Positions 1 to 10,219 are shown, counted from the stretch's first letter. The stretch: 64,000 nt of DNA from an uncultured Pedobacter sp. (GCF_913776295.1 NZ_CAJYOJ010000065.1:32813-96812); one strand, 5' to 3'. Translations and numbers: made by a program. Notes: generated from the letters alone by a model not told the origin.

Positions 1-294
<294 letters not shown>

Positions 295-315
295 TACATT
301 GAAAAAATTATATCG

Positions 316-349
316 AAACCTCCGGAAACATCCGGGGGTTTTGTTTTTT
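316..349 (+). terminator. Intrinsic terminator after pruA
   Basis: aaacctccgg-aaacat-ccgggggttt stem followed by a T-rich tract. Confidence 0.7.
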
Positions 350-426
350 AAAAGGATTCCTCCTTAAGAAGCAGAAAATATCTGCAAAAAAGCGATGATG
401 ACTGAAGCGCTAAATATACCACAAAT

Positions 427-454
427 AAAAGCCTGGAATTTCTTCCAGGCTTTT
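427..454 (-). terminator. Intrinsic terminator of the SulP-can operon (possibly bidirectional)
   Basis: Perfect 12-bp stem aaaagcctggaa/ttccaggctttt, 35 nt downstream of the can stop. Confidence 0.7.
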
Positions 455-489
455 CTAACAACTAAAAAAATGGCTTAATGTGCTGCATT

Positions 490-1146
490 TTATCCCACCT
501 GGAAAGCCGGAGCAACATCATCAACACAGGTACAGGTTACTTTCAGGTCTTTAATAATTCCAGTTTTTAAACTATAAACCCATGCATGTACCGCCAGTTC
601 CTGACCGTTGGCCCAGGCACTCTGTACGATTGAAGTATTGGTTACATTTGCAGCTCCTTCAATGGCGTTTAATTCCACTAAACGGTCAAATCGCTGATCA
701 GGATCTTCGATTGTTGCCATTTCGCGTTCGTGCGTGCGATATACATCGCGGATATTCCTCAACCAGTTATCAATAATTCCAACCTGTTTGTTGCCCAATG
801 CAGCTTTTACACCGCCACAACCGTAATGACCGCAAACAATAACGTGTTTAACTTTTAATACATTAACAGAATAATCGAGTACAGAAAGTAAATTCATGTC
901 TGTATGCACCACTACATTGGCAATATTCCGATGTACAAAAATATCACCCGGTTTCGTATTGGTAATCTGGTTTGCAGGTACCCGGCTGTCAGAGCAACCG
1001 ATCCATAATACGGGTGGACTTTGACCTGCCGACAATTTATCGAAAAATTCAGGATCACTGTCAATCGTATCTTTTACCCAATCTTTATTGCCTTGTAACA
1101 AGGTATCGTAAGTAATATCTTTCGTTTCTATTGTTTTTGCGCACAT
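490..1146 (-). CDS. can: Beta-class carbonic anhydrase
   Basis: Zn-ligand motifs GCSDSR and CGHYGCGG; HRNIANVV motif. Confidence 0.95.
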   Translation of the reverse strand: MCAKTIETKDITYDTLLQGNKDWVKDTIDSDPEFFDKLSAGQSPPVLWIGCSDSRVPANQITNTKPGDIFVHRNIANVVVHTDMNLLSVLDYSVNVLKVKHVIVCGHYGCGGVKAALGNKQVGIIDNWLRNIRDVYRTHEREMATIEDPDQRFDRLVELNAIEGAANVTNTSIVQSAWANGQELAVHAWVYSLKTGIIKDLKVTCTCVDDVAPAFQVG

Positions 1147-1148
1147 AA

Positions 1149-2756
1149 TTATAATTTATTAATTTCTTCTTCTACTTTAATATTTAATTTTGGTACTGTA
1201 TAATGTTTCTGGATGTTCTCCAGGGTTACGATAATACCTTTTGTATAGGCATTATGTTTATAATTGTAAATGGTTTCCAATACATCAGGATCAATATACC
1301 TGGCATTCGAACCATCAATAATTACATTTGTTTCTTTTGGGATATTCGTTAAAACTACCTGTATCGCTGCTTTATTCAGGAAAGAAACCTCTTCTGCCAG
1401 TTTAATTCTGATATTCTTTTTGTCGCCTTCATTTGTAATCCTGTAAAAGAAAGGGTTACGCATATTGGTCCGCAATAAATAAAAAATCGAGACCAACATC
1501 CCAACGGCTACCCCTTTTAACAGATCGGTAAACAATACCGCCAACACGGTAACCACAAATGGCACAAACTGATCCCATCCTTTGTGGTACATGTGTTTAA
1601 AAAGGCTGATCCGCGTTAACCTGTATCCGGTTACCAAAAGAATCGCAGCTAAACATGATAAGGGAATCATATTAATGAGTCCTGGAATAAACAACAGCGA
1701 CAGTAACAACCAGATGCCATGAAAAATTGCCGACATTTTTGTTCTGGCACCAGCATTTACATTGGCCGAACTCCGTACAATAACAGATGTCATAGGTAAA
1801 CCGCCAACCATACCACTGGTTATATTTCCTATTCCCTGCGCAATCAGCTCCCTGTTTGTTGGGGTTACACGCTTAATCGGATCAATTTTATCCACCGCTT
1901 CGATACTGAGCAAAGTTTCTAAGCTCGCTACAACCGCAATGGTGATGGCAACGATATACACATTTTTATTGGCTAACTGAGAAAAATCGGGCATTGTAAA
2001 TAACCCCAGAAATTCACCGAAGCCATTCACTACCGGGATTTTCACCATTTGATCGGCCCGTAGCGGATAATCGGTTCCGGCAAAAACAAGGGTTCCCAAA
2101 ATCCCCAAAGTAACCACCACCAGTGGCGCAGGTACAACTGACAATTTCGGAAACTTTGGCCACAAAATCAGGATAGCTATCGATAATAAACTAATCACCA
2201 CCGCAGCCAGACTGAAATGGCTTATTGCTGCAGTAATGGCAGAAAAAGTATTTTCATGATCCTGCTGAAAGAAGCCCTCATCACCGGTAAAATCGGTATC
2301 AACGCCTAAGGCGTGCGGTAATTGTTTTAAGATTAATATCAGTCCGATAGCCGCAAGCATTCCTTCAATTACACTCGAAGGGAAGTAATTACCAATGGTT
2401 CCGGCTTTAACCAAACCTAAAATCAACTGGAATACCCCTGCCAGTACAACAGCAAGTAAAAACGTAGGGTAGCTTCCCAAAGAGGTTATTGCACCTAATA
2501 CAATAACCGTTAAACCTGCGGCCGGACCACTAACACTTAATTGTGAGCCACTGAAAGAGGCAACTACAATTCCACCTATAATTCCGGTAATTAAACCGGC
2601 AAATAGTGGCGCGCCAGAAGCCAGGGCAATACCTAAACATAGGGGTAAGGCCACCAGGAACACCACAATGCTCGAAGGTAGATCTTTGCTGAGATTTTTT
2701 TTAAGAAAATATTTCTTTACATCCGAACCTGAAACGGCCGGGTTAAATTTTTGCAT
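1149..2756 (-). CDS. SulP/SLC26 inorganic anion (probably bicarbonate) transporter
   Basis: VVFLVALPLCLGIALASGAP and GGLPMTSVIVRSSAN motifs, STAS-like tail, 2 nt from can. Confidence 0.92.
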   Translation of the reverse strand: MQKFNPAVSGSDVKKYFLKKNLSKDLPSSIVVFLVALPLCLGIALASGAPLFAGLITGIIGGIVVASFSGSQLSVSGPAAGLTVIVLGAITSLGSYPTFLLAVVLAGVFQLILGLVKAGTIGNYFPSSVIEGMLAAIGLILILKQLPHALGVDTDFTGDEGFFQQDHENTFSAITAAISHFSLAAVVISLLSIAILILWPKFPKLSVVPAPLVVVTLGILGTLVFAGTDYPLRADQMVKIPVVNGFGEFLGLFTMPDFSQLANKNVYIVAITIAVVASLETLLSIEAVDKIDPIKRVTPTNRELIAQGIGNITSGMVGGLPMTSVIVRSSANVNAGARTKMSAIFHGIWLLLSLLFIPGLINMIPLSCLAAILLVTGYRLTRISLFKHMYHKGWDQFVPFVVTVLAVLFTDLLKGVAVGMLVSIFYLLRTNMRNPFFYRITNEGDKKNIRIKLAEEVSFLNKAAIQVVLTNIPKETNVIIDGSNARYIDPDVLETIYNYKHNAYTKGIIVTLENIQKHYTVPKLNIKVEEEINKL

Positions 2757-2901
2757 AACGATATCATGATCTAGTAAATTTTAACGAATAAAATCGTAGG
2801 GGATTAAAATATGGACACAAGCATCTACGTACTGCATAAAATGAACATAGCAATAACGCTTAATACGGTTGAGCAGACAATTTTTACCCCAGATATAAAG
2901 A

Positions 2902-3246
2902 CTAGATAACGTTGGGCGGAGGTGTAGGAACAGTAGGGTGGTATGGATCTACATATCTTTTGAAGTGTTCTATAAAACTGCTCTTCAAAAAGAAATGACT
3001 GGAAGAGAACTCGTAAGAAAGGATGGGATGGTTCAGCTCGATGAGTTTGAAATCAGTAAATTTTGCGCTGTCTTTGGCGGTATCTTTACCGCCTTCATGC
3101 TCTAACTCGATTTGCATGATGACAGCATTCATGATTTCCCTGTCAATACTGGTATAAAATACGGGTGCACCGGAAATGCCCATCTTCGCCATGAAGATGA
3201 CCATAAAGGTAGCAACGATTAAATACTTGTATTTCCTTAAAAACAT
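2902..3246 (-). CDS. Hypothetical protein with N-terminal hydrophobic segment and C-terminal PTPPPN motif (leader-like)
   Basis: 114-aa ORF, co-oriented with and 145 nt upstream of SulP; ends PYHPTVPTPPPNVI. Confidence 0.75.
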   Translation of the reverse strand: MFLRKYKYLIVATFMVIFMAKMGISGAPVFYTSIDREIMNAVIMQIELEHEGGKDTAKDSAKFTDFKLIELNHPILSYEFSSSHFFLKSSFIEHFKRYVDPYHPTVPTPPPNVI

Positions 3247-3280
3247 TTAAATTCTAATGCTGTTTTAATTCCTATGCATA

Positions 3281-3309
3281 CAAAAGTAAACGGATTATCG
3301 GTTTTTCAA
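3281..3309 (-). promoter_or_regulatory. Bacteroidota housekeeping promoter for the leader-SulP-can unit
   Basis: Minus-strand TActTTTG (-7 element) at 3281-3288; TTG at 3307-3309 (18-nt spacer). Confidence 0.55.
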
Positions 3310-3487
3310 TGCATTGGGCTGTAAAAAAAATGTAATTTAGGTAAAATCAGGTATTCCTCATGAAAAACAGGATACCTTATCAAGTTTGGGAAACTTTGGG
3401 TTCTGCTATTATTGCTTCATTCGGCCCCGCCGTTTCTGCCCGCAATGCAGGCTGGTACTTCAATCTTTTTGGCAAAATCAGCTGTAG

Positions 3488-3982
3488 ATTCAAAATCAAC
3501 CGAAGCCAAAAAGGATACCACTTCTGTAAATTTTAATGAACAGCGGTCTGTTTTCCAGGCACCGGCCCAGGTTAAATAAACCCGATTGCCGGGGAGAGCT
3601 TCCGGTCCTTCACCGGAACTCGTACCAGAAAGTGGGGCTGAACCTGCCAAAAGCACAGAACCAGCCGTTTCCTAACGATTAATGTTTTTTCCTTTTTGGA
3701 AATGAGCGCTCAGGATTTCATAGGTACTGAAGTCCTGCCCTACCTGCCCGTACTGTAGGTGGGCGCTAAATATTTTTGACAAAATTAGCTATAAATTCAA
3801 AATCAACCGAAGCCAGAAAGGATACCGCTTCTGTCAGGTTTATTGAACAACGGTCTGTTTTCCAGGCACCGGCCCAGGTTAAATAAACCCGATTGCCGGG
3901 AAGAGCTTCCGGTCATTCACCGGAACTCGTACCAGAAAGCGGGACTGAACCTGCCAAAAGCAAAGAACCAGCCGTTTCCTAA
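3488..3982. repeat. Two 188-bp direct repeats (3488-3675 and 3795-3982), period 307
   Basis: Aligned by eye: about 12 mismatches, no indels. Confidence 0.95.
3705..3767. repeat. Composite palindromic (REP-like) element folding as a three-way junction
   Basis: P1 agcgc/gcgct; P2 caggatttca/tgaagtcctg; P3 ctacctgc/gtaggtgg; both loops are 7 nt and contain GTAC. Confidence 0.7.
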
Positions 3983-4202
3983 TCTTGTAAACTATTCTTC
4001 CTTAAAATGTCGAAAAGCCCAGCACCGTTCATTTCCAATTCAGTACAACATACTTTTCTTTTAGGAAATGAAAGGACAGCATCTGGTAGCTATTACCCCA
4101 TCTGCTTTACTTAAATTGTATGTTCGACCGAGATAAAATAACATCCCACCCCCTTGCATTACCGCTTGTAATTTTTAATTTTAAAATCTCATAGCCTCAG
4201 CA

Positions 4203-5744
4203 ATGGACAAAAAAATAGCATTACTTAAAGATAAAATCAATCAGGCAAACCTTGGTGGCGGACAGCTTCGAATCGATAACCAGCATAAAAAAGGAAAACT
4301 TACTGCTCGGGAACGGATTCATTTTTTATTGGATGAAGGAAGTTTTGAAGAAATCGGCATGATGGTTACCCATCGAAGCACCGACTTTGGCATGGAACGC
4401 GAAAAATATCTGGGCGATGGCGTGGTAACAGGTTATGGAACCATTAATGGCAGATTAACTTATGTATTTTCTCAGGATTTTACCGTGTTTGGCGGTTCGC
4501 TTTCTGAAACTCATGCAGAGAAAATCTGTAAACTGATGGATATGGCCATGAAGAATGGGGCTCCGATTATCGGCCTAAACGATAGCGGCGGTGCACGTAT
4601 TCAGGAAGGCGTGGTTTCATTGGGCGGTTATGCCGATATCTTTTATAAAAATGTGCAGGCTTCGGGTGTAATCCCGCAGTTATCAGCTGTAATGGGTCCG
4701 TGTGCGGGTGGAGCCGTTTATTCGCCAGCCATTACTGATTTTATCTTGATGGTAGAAAATACTTCGTACATGTTTGTAACCGGACCAAATGTGGTTAAAA
4801 CGGTAACACACGAAGAAGTAACTTCTGAAGAACTGGGAGGCGCCAGTACACATGCCATCAAATCGGGTGTTACCCATTTTGCCTGCGCCAATGAAATTGA
4901 GGCCATTAACCATGTGAAAAAATTATTGAGCTATATGCCGCAAAATTGTGAGGAAATAGCCGATCACCTATTTTATGAAGCAGCTGATGAAAGCAGACCG
5001 GAACTCAACACGCTTATGCCTGAAAATGCTTCTCAACCTTACGATATACGTGAAGTGATTGCAAGCGTAGCCGATAATGATAGTTTTTTAGAAGTACATG
5101 CTGCTTACGCAGAAAATATTGTAGTGGGTTTTGCCCGCCTTGCAGGCAGAAGTATCGGTATTGTAGCCAATCAGCCCGCTTACCTGGCAGGCGTTTTAGA
5201 TAGCAATTCTTCGGTTAAGGCTGCACGTTTTGTCCGCTTTTGTGATTGCTTTAACATTCCACTGCTGGTATTCGAAGATGTTCCCGGTTTTTTACCTGGT
5301 ACAGATCAGGAATGGAACGGCATTATCACCAATGGTGCAAAGTTGTTATACGCCTTTAGTGAAGCTACCGTGCCACGCATTACCGTAATTACCAGAAAAG
5401 CTTATGGCGGTGCTTACGATGTGATGAACAGCAAACATATCGGTGCCGATCTGAATTACGCCTGGCCAAGTGCAGAGATTGCTGTGATGGGTGCCAAAGG
5501 TGCCGCAGAAATTATTTTTAAACGTGAAATTACCGCAGCAGAAAACCCGGAAGAAAAATGGTTGGAGAAAGAAAAACTATACTCAGATATTTTTGCCAAC
5601 CCTTACCGCGCTGCCGAACGTGGCTTTGTTGATGAAGTAATTGAGCCGGCACAAACCCGTGCGAAGTTGATCAGAGCTTTTAAAATGTTGGAAAATAAAG
5701 TCGTAAACAACCCGAGAAAGAAACATGGAAATATACCTTTGTAG
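4203..5744 (+). CDS. pccB: Acyl-CoA (propionyl/methylmalonyl-CoA) carboxylase beta subunit
   Basis: [25 protein letters not shown] and RKAYGGAY motifs; C-terminal [10 protein letters not shown]. Confidence 0.93.
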   Translation: MDKKIALLKDKINQANLGGGQLRIDNQHKKGKLTARERIHFLLDEGSFEEIGMMVTHRSTDFGMEREKYLGDGVVTGYGTINGRLTYVFSQDFTVFGGSLSETHAEKICKLMDMAMKNGAPIIGLNDSGGARIQEGVVSLGGYADIFYKNVQASGVIPQLSAVMGPCAGGAVYSPAITDFILMVENTSYMFVTGPNVVKTVTHEEVTSEELGGASTHAIKSGVTHFACANEIEAINHVKKLLSYMPQNCEEIADHLFYEAADESRPELNTLMPENASQPYDIREVIASVADNDSFLEVHAAYAENIVVGFARLAGRSIGIVANQPAYLAGVLDSNSSVKAARFVRFCDCFNIPLLVFEDVPGFLPGTDQEWNGIITNGAKLLYAFSEATVPRITVITRKAYGGAYDVMNSKHIGADLNYAWPSAEIAVMGAKGAAEIIFKREITAAENPEEKWLEKEKLYSDIFANPYRAAERGFVDEVIEPAQTRAKLIRAFKMLENKVVNNPRKKHGNIPL

Positions 5745-5749
5745 AAAAT

Positions 5750-5827
5750 AGTCATTAGTCCATAGTCAGGTAGTAATCCACTCGCCGCTTAAGACTCATG
5801 ACTGGAGACTTCCGACTCAAGACTCAA
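5750..5827. repeat. Heptamer-periodic inverted array (AGTC x3 / GACT x5)
   Basis: AGTC at 5750, 5757, 5764; GACT at 5793, 5800, 5807, 5814, 5821. Confidence 0.85.
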
Positions 5828-7018
5828 ATGCAGATTACTCAGAAACTATCCCGGACAGACATCTTGCTCATGGCTTTTTGCACAGGCCTAATTGTTGCCA
5901 ATATTTATTACTGCCAGCCATTGGTAATCTTGATTGCAAAAGATTTTGACCTTACCGAGCCTGTTGCCGGGAAGATTACCTACCTTACGCAGATTGGTTA
6001 CGCTTTAGGCCTTTTCCTTTTAGTGCCACTTGGCGATATGTTTGAACGTAAAAAACAGATCCTGGTGATTACCGGCCTTGCCATTTTAGCTTTACTGGCT
6101 GCTGCCGTTTCGCAAAGCTTTTTTATACTGGAAGCGGCCTCCATCTTAATCGGTGCCTGCTCTATTGTACCTCAGTTGATATTGCCATTGGCAGCTAATT
6201 TAAGTACCGATGAAAATCGGGGAGCCAATATTGGCATGATTATGAGCGGTTTGCTGGTGGGGATCTTAGCCTCACGCGCAGTAAGTGGCAGCATTGGCTT
6301 TTGGCTGGGTTGGCGGGCGGTGTATTATATGGCCGCCGGAATTTGTGGACTGCTTATTTTTTTAATGGCCAAACGCTTTCCTCAAAGTTACCCTCATTTT
6401 AAAGGCTCGTATAAAGAACTCATGCGTTCGATGTTTGGGTATATCAAAACACAACCTGCCTTAAGGGAAACTTCGATCATTAATTTTCTGGCTTTTGCCA
6501 TTATCAGTGCTTTCTGGACCACCATGGTATTATTTCTGGCTAATCCACCCTTTAATTTCCAAACGTTGCAGATTGGCCTATTTGGAATTGCCGGAGCAGC
6601 GGGCGCATTGGCTGCACCGCTGGTTGGAAAATTAAGCGATGGAAACAATCCGCGTAAGAACTTAATGATTGGTTTTGTACTGCAACTCATCAGTATCGCT
6701 TTGTTTTATTTTACAAACAGCCATTTGTATCTTTTTGTAATTGGTATTGTGCTGATCGACATCGGACAGCAAGCAATACATGTAACCAATCAAACCCGTA
6801 TTTACACCTTAATACCAGAAGCCAGAAACCGGCTGAACACCATTTTTATGTCGGTGAGTTTTATTGGCGCCAGCTGTGGCTCGGCACTGGGTTTATGGCT
6901 TTGGGACTAGGGCGGTTGGGCTTTATTCTGTTATGGAATGACAGGTATCATTATACTTAATATTTTAATATATCAGTTTTACGGGAAGAAAAATCACAAT
7001 TTAAACAATCCCTTATAA
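5828..7018 (+). pseudogene. MFS transporter with a premature TAG at 6908-6910
   Basis: Likely start ATG 5828 (MQITQKLS). After TAG the frame continues GGWALFCYGMTGIIILNILIYQFYGKK...* to 7018, a further hydrophobic helix. The truncated 5828-6910 product may still be made. Confidence 0.65.
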
Positions 7019-7023
7019 AGTTT

Positions 7024-7626
7024 ATGAAATCTAAAAACGTAATCAAAACACTTTCAGTATTGTTAGTCTCTCTGTCCATTTTTGGTAAAGCAAAAGCTCA
7101 AGACAGTACAAATGTAGCGCAGCCAACAGAAGTAAAATCGCTTAATAAAATAAGGTTGAGTCTTCTCTCGCTACATTATGAACGGGAACAAAAAATAGGA
7201 AAACTCATCACACTTTATGGAGGTGCAGGATTGGCTGGTACTTTTCTAATAGAATACAATTATAATTACATGGCTGGAGATAAAACCAAAACCTACTTTG
7301 ATCTGGCACCAAACCTGTACGCAGGAATCAGAAAATATTACCATTTTGATAACAGGATAAAAAAAGGAAAAAAAACCATTAATAACGCTTCTAATTATTT
7401 TGGACTAGACGTAAGCAGTTATTTTTCTCCCTTAATTAAAGGTGGCAATCTCAATCAATACCATGTGGCAAATTGGGAGATGGGAATTACCCCGCAGTGG
7501 GGTTTTCAACGCAGCATCGGCAAGAAAACAAATTTTGAGCTTTCATTGGGTCCAAATATTCGCATCAATAAATATCAAACCTATTATGGCGTTGATGGCC
7601 GGATAGGCTTTAGCTTTTTGTTATAA
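7024..7626 (+). CDS. Hypothetical secreted / outer-membrane beta-barrel-like protein
   Basis: Signal peptide ending AKAQD, alternating aromatic beta-strand pattern, C-terminal RIGFSFLL. Confidence 0.7.
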   Translation: MKSKNVIKTLSVLLVSLSIFGKAKAQDSTNVAQPTEVKSLNKIRLSLLSLHYEREQKIGKLITLYGGAGLAGTFLIEYNYNYMAGDKTKTYFDLAPNLYAGIRKYYHFDNRIKKGKKTINNASNYFGLDVSSYFSPLIKGGNLNQYHVANWEMGITPQWGFQRSIGKKTNFELSLGPNIRINKYQTYYGVDGRIGFSFLL

Positions 7627-7628
7627 TT

Positions 7629-8039
7629 ATGGTTCAAATTGAACAAATATTCCCCTCACTAACCTGGCGGATCAGGCATGAGACGATGTACCCTGAATTA
7701 CCCTTTGACAGCGTAAAGCTTGCCGATGATTTTGAGGGCATCCACTTTGGGTTATACCTCGATCATAAGTTGACAGGAGTAGTTTCTTTATTTTATGAAG
7801 GAGATGTGTATCAGTTCCGTAAACTGGCCATTTTACCCGGTGCTCAAAAAGCAGGTTTGGGTACACAGTTAATGGCTTATATCCTCGATTTTTGTAAAAT
7901 TCAAAAAGCGACAAAACTATGGTGCAATGCACGTGTAAATGCTAAGGAATTTTATTTTAAATTTGGCTTCCTTGAAACGGATCAAACCTTTTTTAAAGAT
8001 GGTTACGATTTTGTGATCATGGAAAAAGAACTATCATAA
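7629..8039 (+). CDS. GNAT family N-acetyltransferase
   Basis: FRKLAILPGAQKAGLG acetyl-CoA motif; WCNARVNAKEFY. Confidence 0.9.
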   Translation: MVQIEQIFPSLTWRIRHETMYPELPFDSVKLADDFEGIHFGLYLDHKLTGVVSLFYEGDVYQFRKLAILPGAQKAGLGTQLMAYILDFCKIQKATKLWCNARVNAKEFYFKFGFLETDQTFFKDGYDFVIMEKELS

Positions 8040-8105
8040 TCATTAACAAGACGGACAAACGCATCACGCCATGCGCTTTGCACCATGCTATAAAACAAAT
8101 AACAT

Positions 8106-9221
8106 ATGGCTAAGAAAAAAGACGAAGAAAAGAAAAAACATGTTGCAGTAGTTACCAAAAAGTCGCTGCAGTTTCTCGAAGAATACATCAATAACCCTGC
8201 TCCCACCGGTTATGAATGGGAAGGACAAAAACTTTGGTTAAATTATTTAAAACCGTATATAGACGAACATTTCATCGATAATTACGGTACTGCTGTAGGT
8301 GTGATTAACCCTAAAGCTGATTTTAAAGTGGTTATAGAAGCCCATGCAGATGAAATTTCCTGGTATGTAAACTACATTACCAGCGACGGCTTAATTTATG
8401 TCATCCGCAATGGCGGTTCTGACCATCAGATTGCACCTTCTAAACGGGTGAACATCCATACCGAGAAAGGTTTGGTTAAAGCGGTATTCGGCTGGCCGGC
8501 TATTCATACACGTCATGGAGAGAAAGAACAGGCTCCGGAATTAAAAAACATCTTTTTGGATTGCGGTTGTACCTCAAAAGAAGAAGTAGAAAAATTAGGC
8601 ATCCATGTGGGCTGTGTAATTACCTACGAAGATGAGTTTATGGTGTTGAACGACCGCTATTATGTTGGTCGCGCTTTAGATAACCGTGTGGGTGGTTTTA
8701 TGATTGCCGAAGTAGCCCGTTTATTAAAAGAAAACAAGAAAAAGCTTCCTTTTGGTTTGTACATTGTAAACTCGGTACAGGAAGAAATCGGTTTGCGTGG
8801 TGCCGAGATGATTGCCCAGCGCATTAAACCGAATGTGGCCATTATTACCGATGTAACACACGATACCACTACGCCAATGATCAATAAAAACGTTCAGGGA
8901 GATTTATCGGCAGGTAAAGGTCCTGTTGTTTCTTATGCACCAGCTGTACAAACCAATTTAAATAAACTATTGATCCAAACGGCCGAGAAAAACCACATCC
9001 CATTTCAACGTCAGGCCTCATCACGTTCTACCGGAACTGATACGGATGCTTTTGCTTACTCAAATGGCGGGGTACCATCGGCATTAATTTCGCTGCCATT
9101 ACGTTATATGCATACTACGGTAGAGATGGTGCATAAAGAGGATGTTGACAATGTAATCAGCCTGATTTATGAAAGCTTATTGAACATTAGCAACGGTCAG
9201 GACTTCAGATCATTTAAATAA
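8106..9221 (+). CDS. M42 family metallopeptidase
   Basis: AHADEI, RALDNRVG, VQEEIGLRGA, GTDTDA and YMHT metal-ligand motifs. Confidence 0.93.
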   Translation: MAKKKDEEKKKHVAVVTKKSLQFLEEYINNPAPTGYEWEGQKLWLNYLKPYIDEHFIDNYGTAVGVINPKADFKVVIEAHADEISWYVNYITSDGLIYVIRNGGSDHQIAPSKRVNIHTEKGLVKAVFGWPAIHTRHGEKEQAPELKNIFLDCGCTSKEEVEKLGIHVGCVITYEDEFMVLNDRYYVGRALDNRVGGFMIAEVARLLKENKKKLPFGLYIVNSVQEEIGLRGAEMIAQRIKPNVAIITDVTHDTTTPMINKNVQGDLSAGKGPVVSYAPAVQTNLNKLLIQTAEKNHIPFQRQASSRSTGTDTDAFAYSNGGVPSALISLPLRYMHTTVEMVHKEDVDNVISLIYESLLNISNGQDFRSFK

Positions 9222-9487
9222 TGAAAAAATTAAATCACCGGAAGATCGTGATCAACACCTTATTAAAGGTTTTGCTTATGATTGTGGTTATCTTTATCCT
9301 TAACTCCTGGCCAAGCATAAAACAGAGTTTTGCTGGTAACGCACCACCTTTGCATTACTGGCTGGATCATAGCTTTAAAGTAAGTAACATCATCCTTATT
9401 TTAGGATTTGGTGTTTATTTTTATTACAAAGATTTAATGAATCAAAAAGAACTGATTGAAAATTCAAAAGTCTCAGATCAGCATTAA
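9221..9487 (+). CDS. Small hypothetical membrane protein
   Basis: 88 aa with two hydrophobic segments; start overlaps the M42 stop. Confidence 0.75.
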   Translation: MKKLNHRKIVINTLLKVLLMIVVIFILNSWPSIKQSFAGNAPPLHYWLDHSFKVSNIILILGFGVYFYYKDLMNQKELIENSKVSDQH

Positions 9488-9808
9488 TATTAGTAAATGA
9501 GACTAAAGATGCTATATCAGGAAAAATCTCCGAATTTTTCTATCCTAAGCATAACTTTTACTAAACCTGCCAGATAATCCAGCTTCGTTCCTGTAGTTTC
9601 TCTGGCAGGTTGTCTATTTCAATACAGCCGCATTAACCTCCAAGTGTGAATTTTAAGTCGCTTGCACTGCCAATCATTCAGATGTTTTTTTGTTGATGGA
9701 GATATAATCGTAAATACCCTCATGGTTCCTGTACATTAATTTTTATTAATACTCAACAGATCTTCACATACTTTGTGTAATTTACCTTCATAGTTTATCC
9801 TTCTTATT

Positions 9809-10207
9809 ATGAAAACAAACAAGAAAAATGTTGATCTATCCGTTATTTGTGATGATCACTGGGATGTCGTATTCGACCACCTTCGCCTTGGTTTTTGGGA
9901 GCTGAGCCTAGCAACCGGTATACTTCGTTCAACCCGATCGTTTAAAGAGAATTTTGGTTACCCCCCGGATGGCGTTCTAAGCTATGAAACAGTTTTAGGC
10001 CTGATTCTGCCCGAAGACCTCGATCATGTTCAGGATGAAATAGAGCTTACCGTAACCAGAGAAAAAAACAGCTATGATGTATTATACCGGATCCGCCGCC
10101 CTGATGGAAAAATCCGGTGGATCAAAGCCGATGGAATACTTTCCCAACAGGAGGGCGAATTGCTAAAATTGATTGGAACAACTTTAGATGTTACCGATTT
10201 AAGATAA
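9809..10207 (+). CDS. Stand-alone PAS (PAS_3-like) domain protein
   Basis: GFWELSL, ILPEDLDHV and YRIRRPDGKIRWI...GTTLDVTD PAS/PAC pattern; no output domain. Confidence 0.85.
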   Translation: MKTNKKNVDLSVICDDHWDVVFDHLRLGFWELSLATGILRSTRSFKENFGYPPDGVLSYETVLGLILPEDLDHVQDEIELTVTREKNSYDVLYRIRRPDGKIRWIKADGILSQQEGELLKLIGTTLDVTDLR

Positions 10208-10219
10208 TTTCAATTTTAG

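Larger units (their letters stand above)
3360..4064 (+). pseudogene. Degraded, internally duplicated gene for a small secreted protein
   Basis: Removing one A from the A5 run at 3363-3367 gives MKTGYLIKFGKLWVLLLLLHSAPP...QAPAQVK. An in-frame TAA follows, then TRLPGRASG..EPAVS; a +1 shift in copy 2 joins this to NLVNYSSLKCRKAQHRSFPIQYNILFF*. Confidence 0.5.

Noticed and set aside
3417-3656. Minus-strand 79-aa ORF as a real gene
   Set aside because: It is antisense to the repeat/pseudogene and has no recognisable features.
3705-3767. Purine riboswitch or hammerhead ribozyme
   Set aside because: Three-way junction present, but no conserved junction residues and no CUGAnGA/GAAA core.
3488-3982. 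CRISPR array
   Set aside because: Only two 188-bp units; far too long for CRISPR repeats; no cas genes.
6908-6910. Amber recoding (Pyl or alternative code)
   Set aside because: Other TAG stops (dnaK, rpoA, pccB, secY) fall at normal gene ends; no pyl genes.
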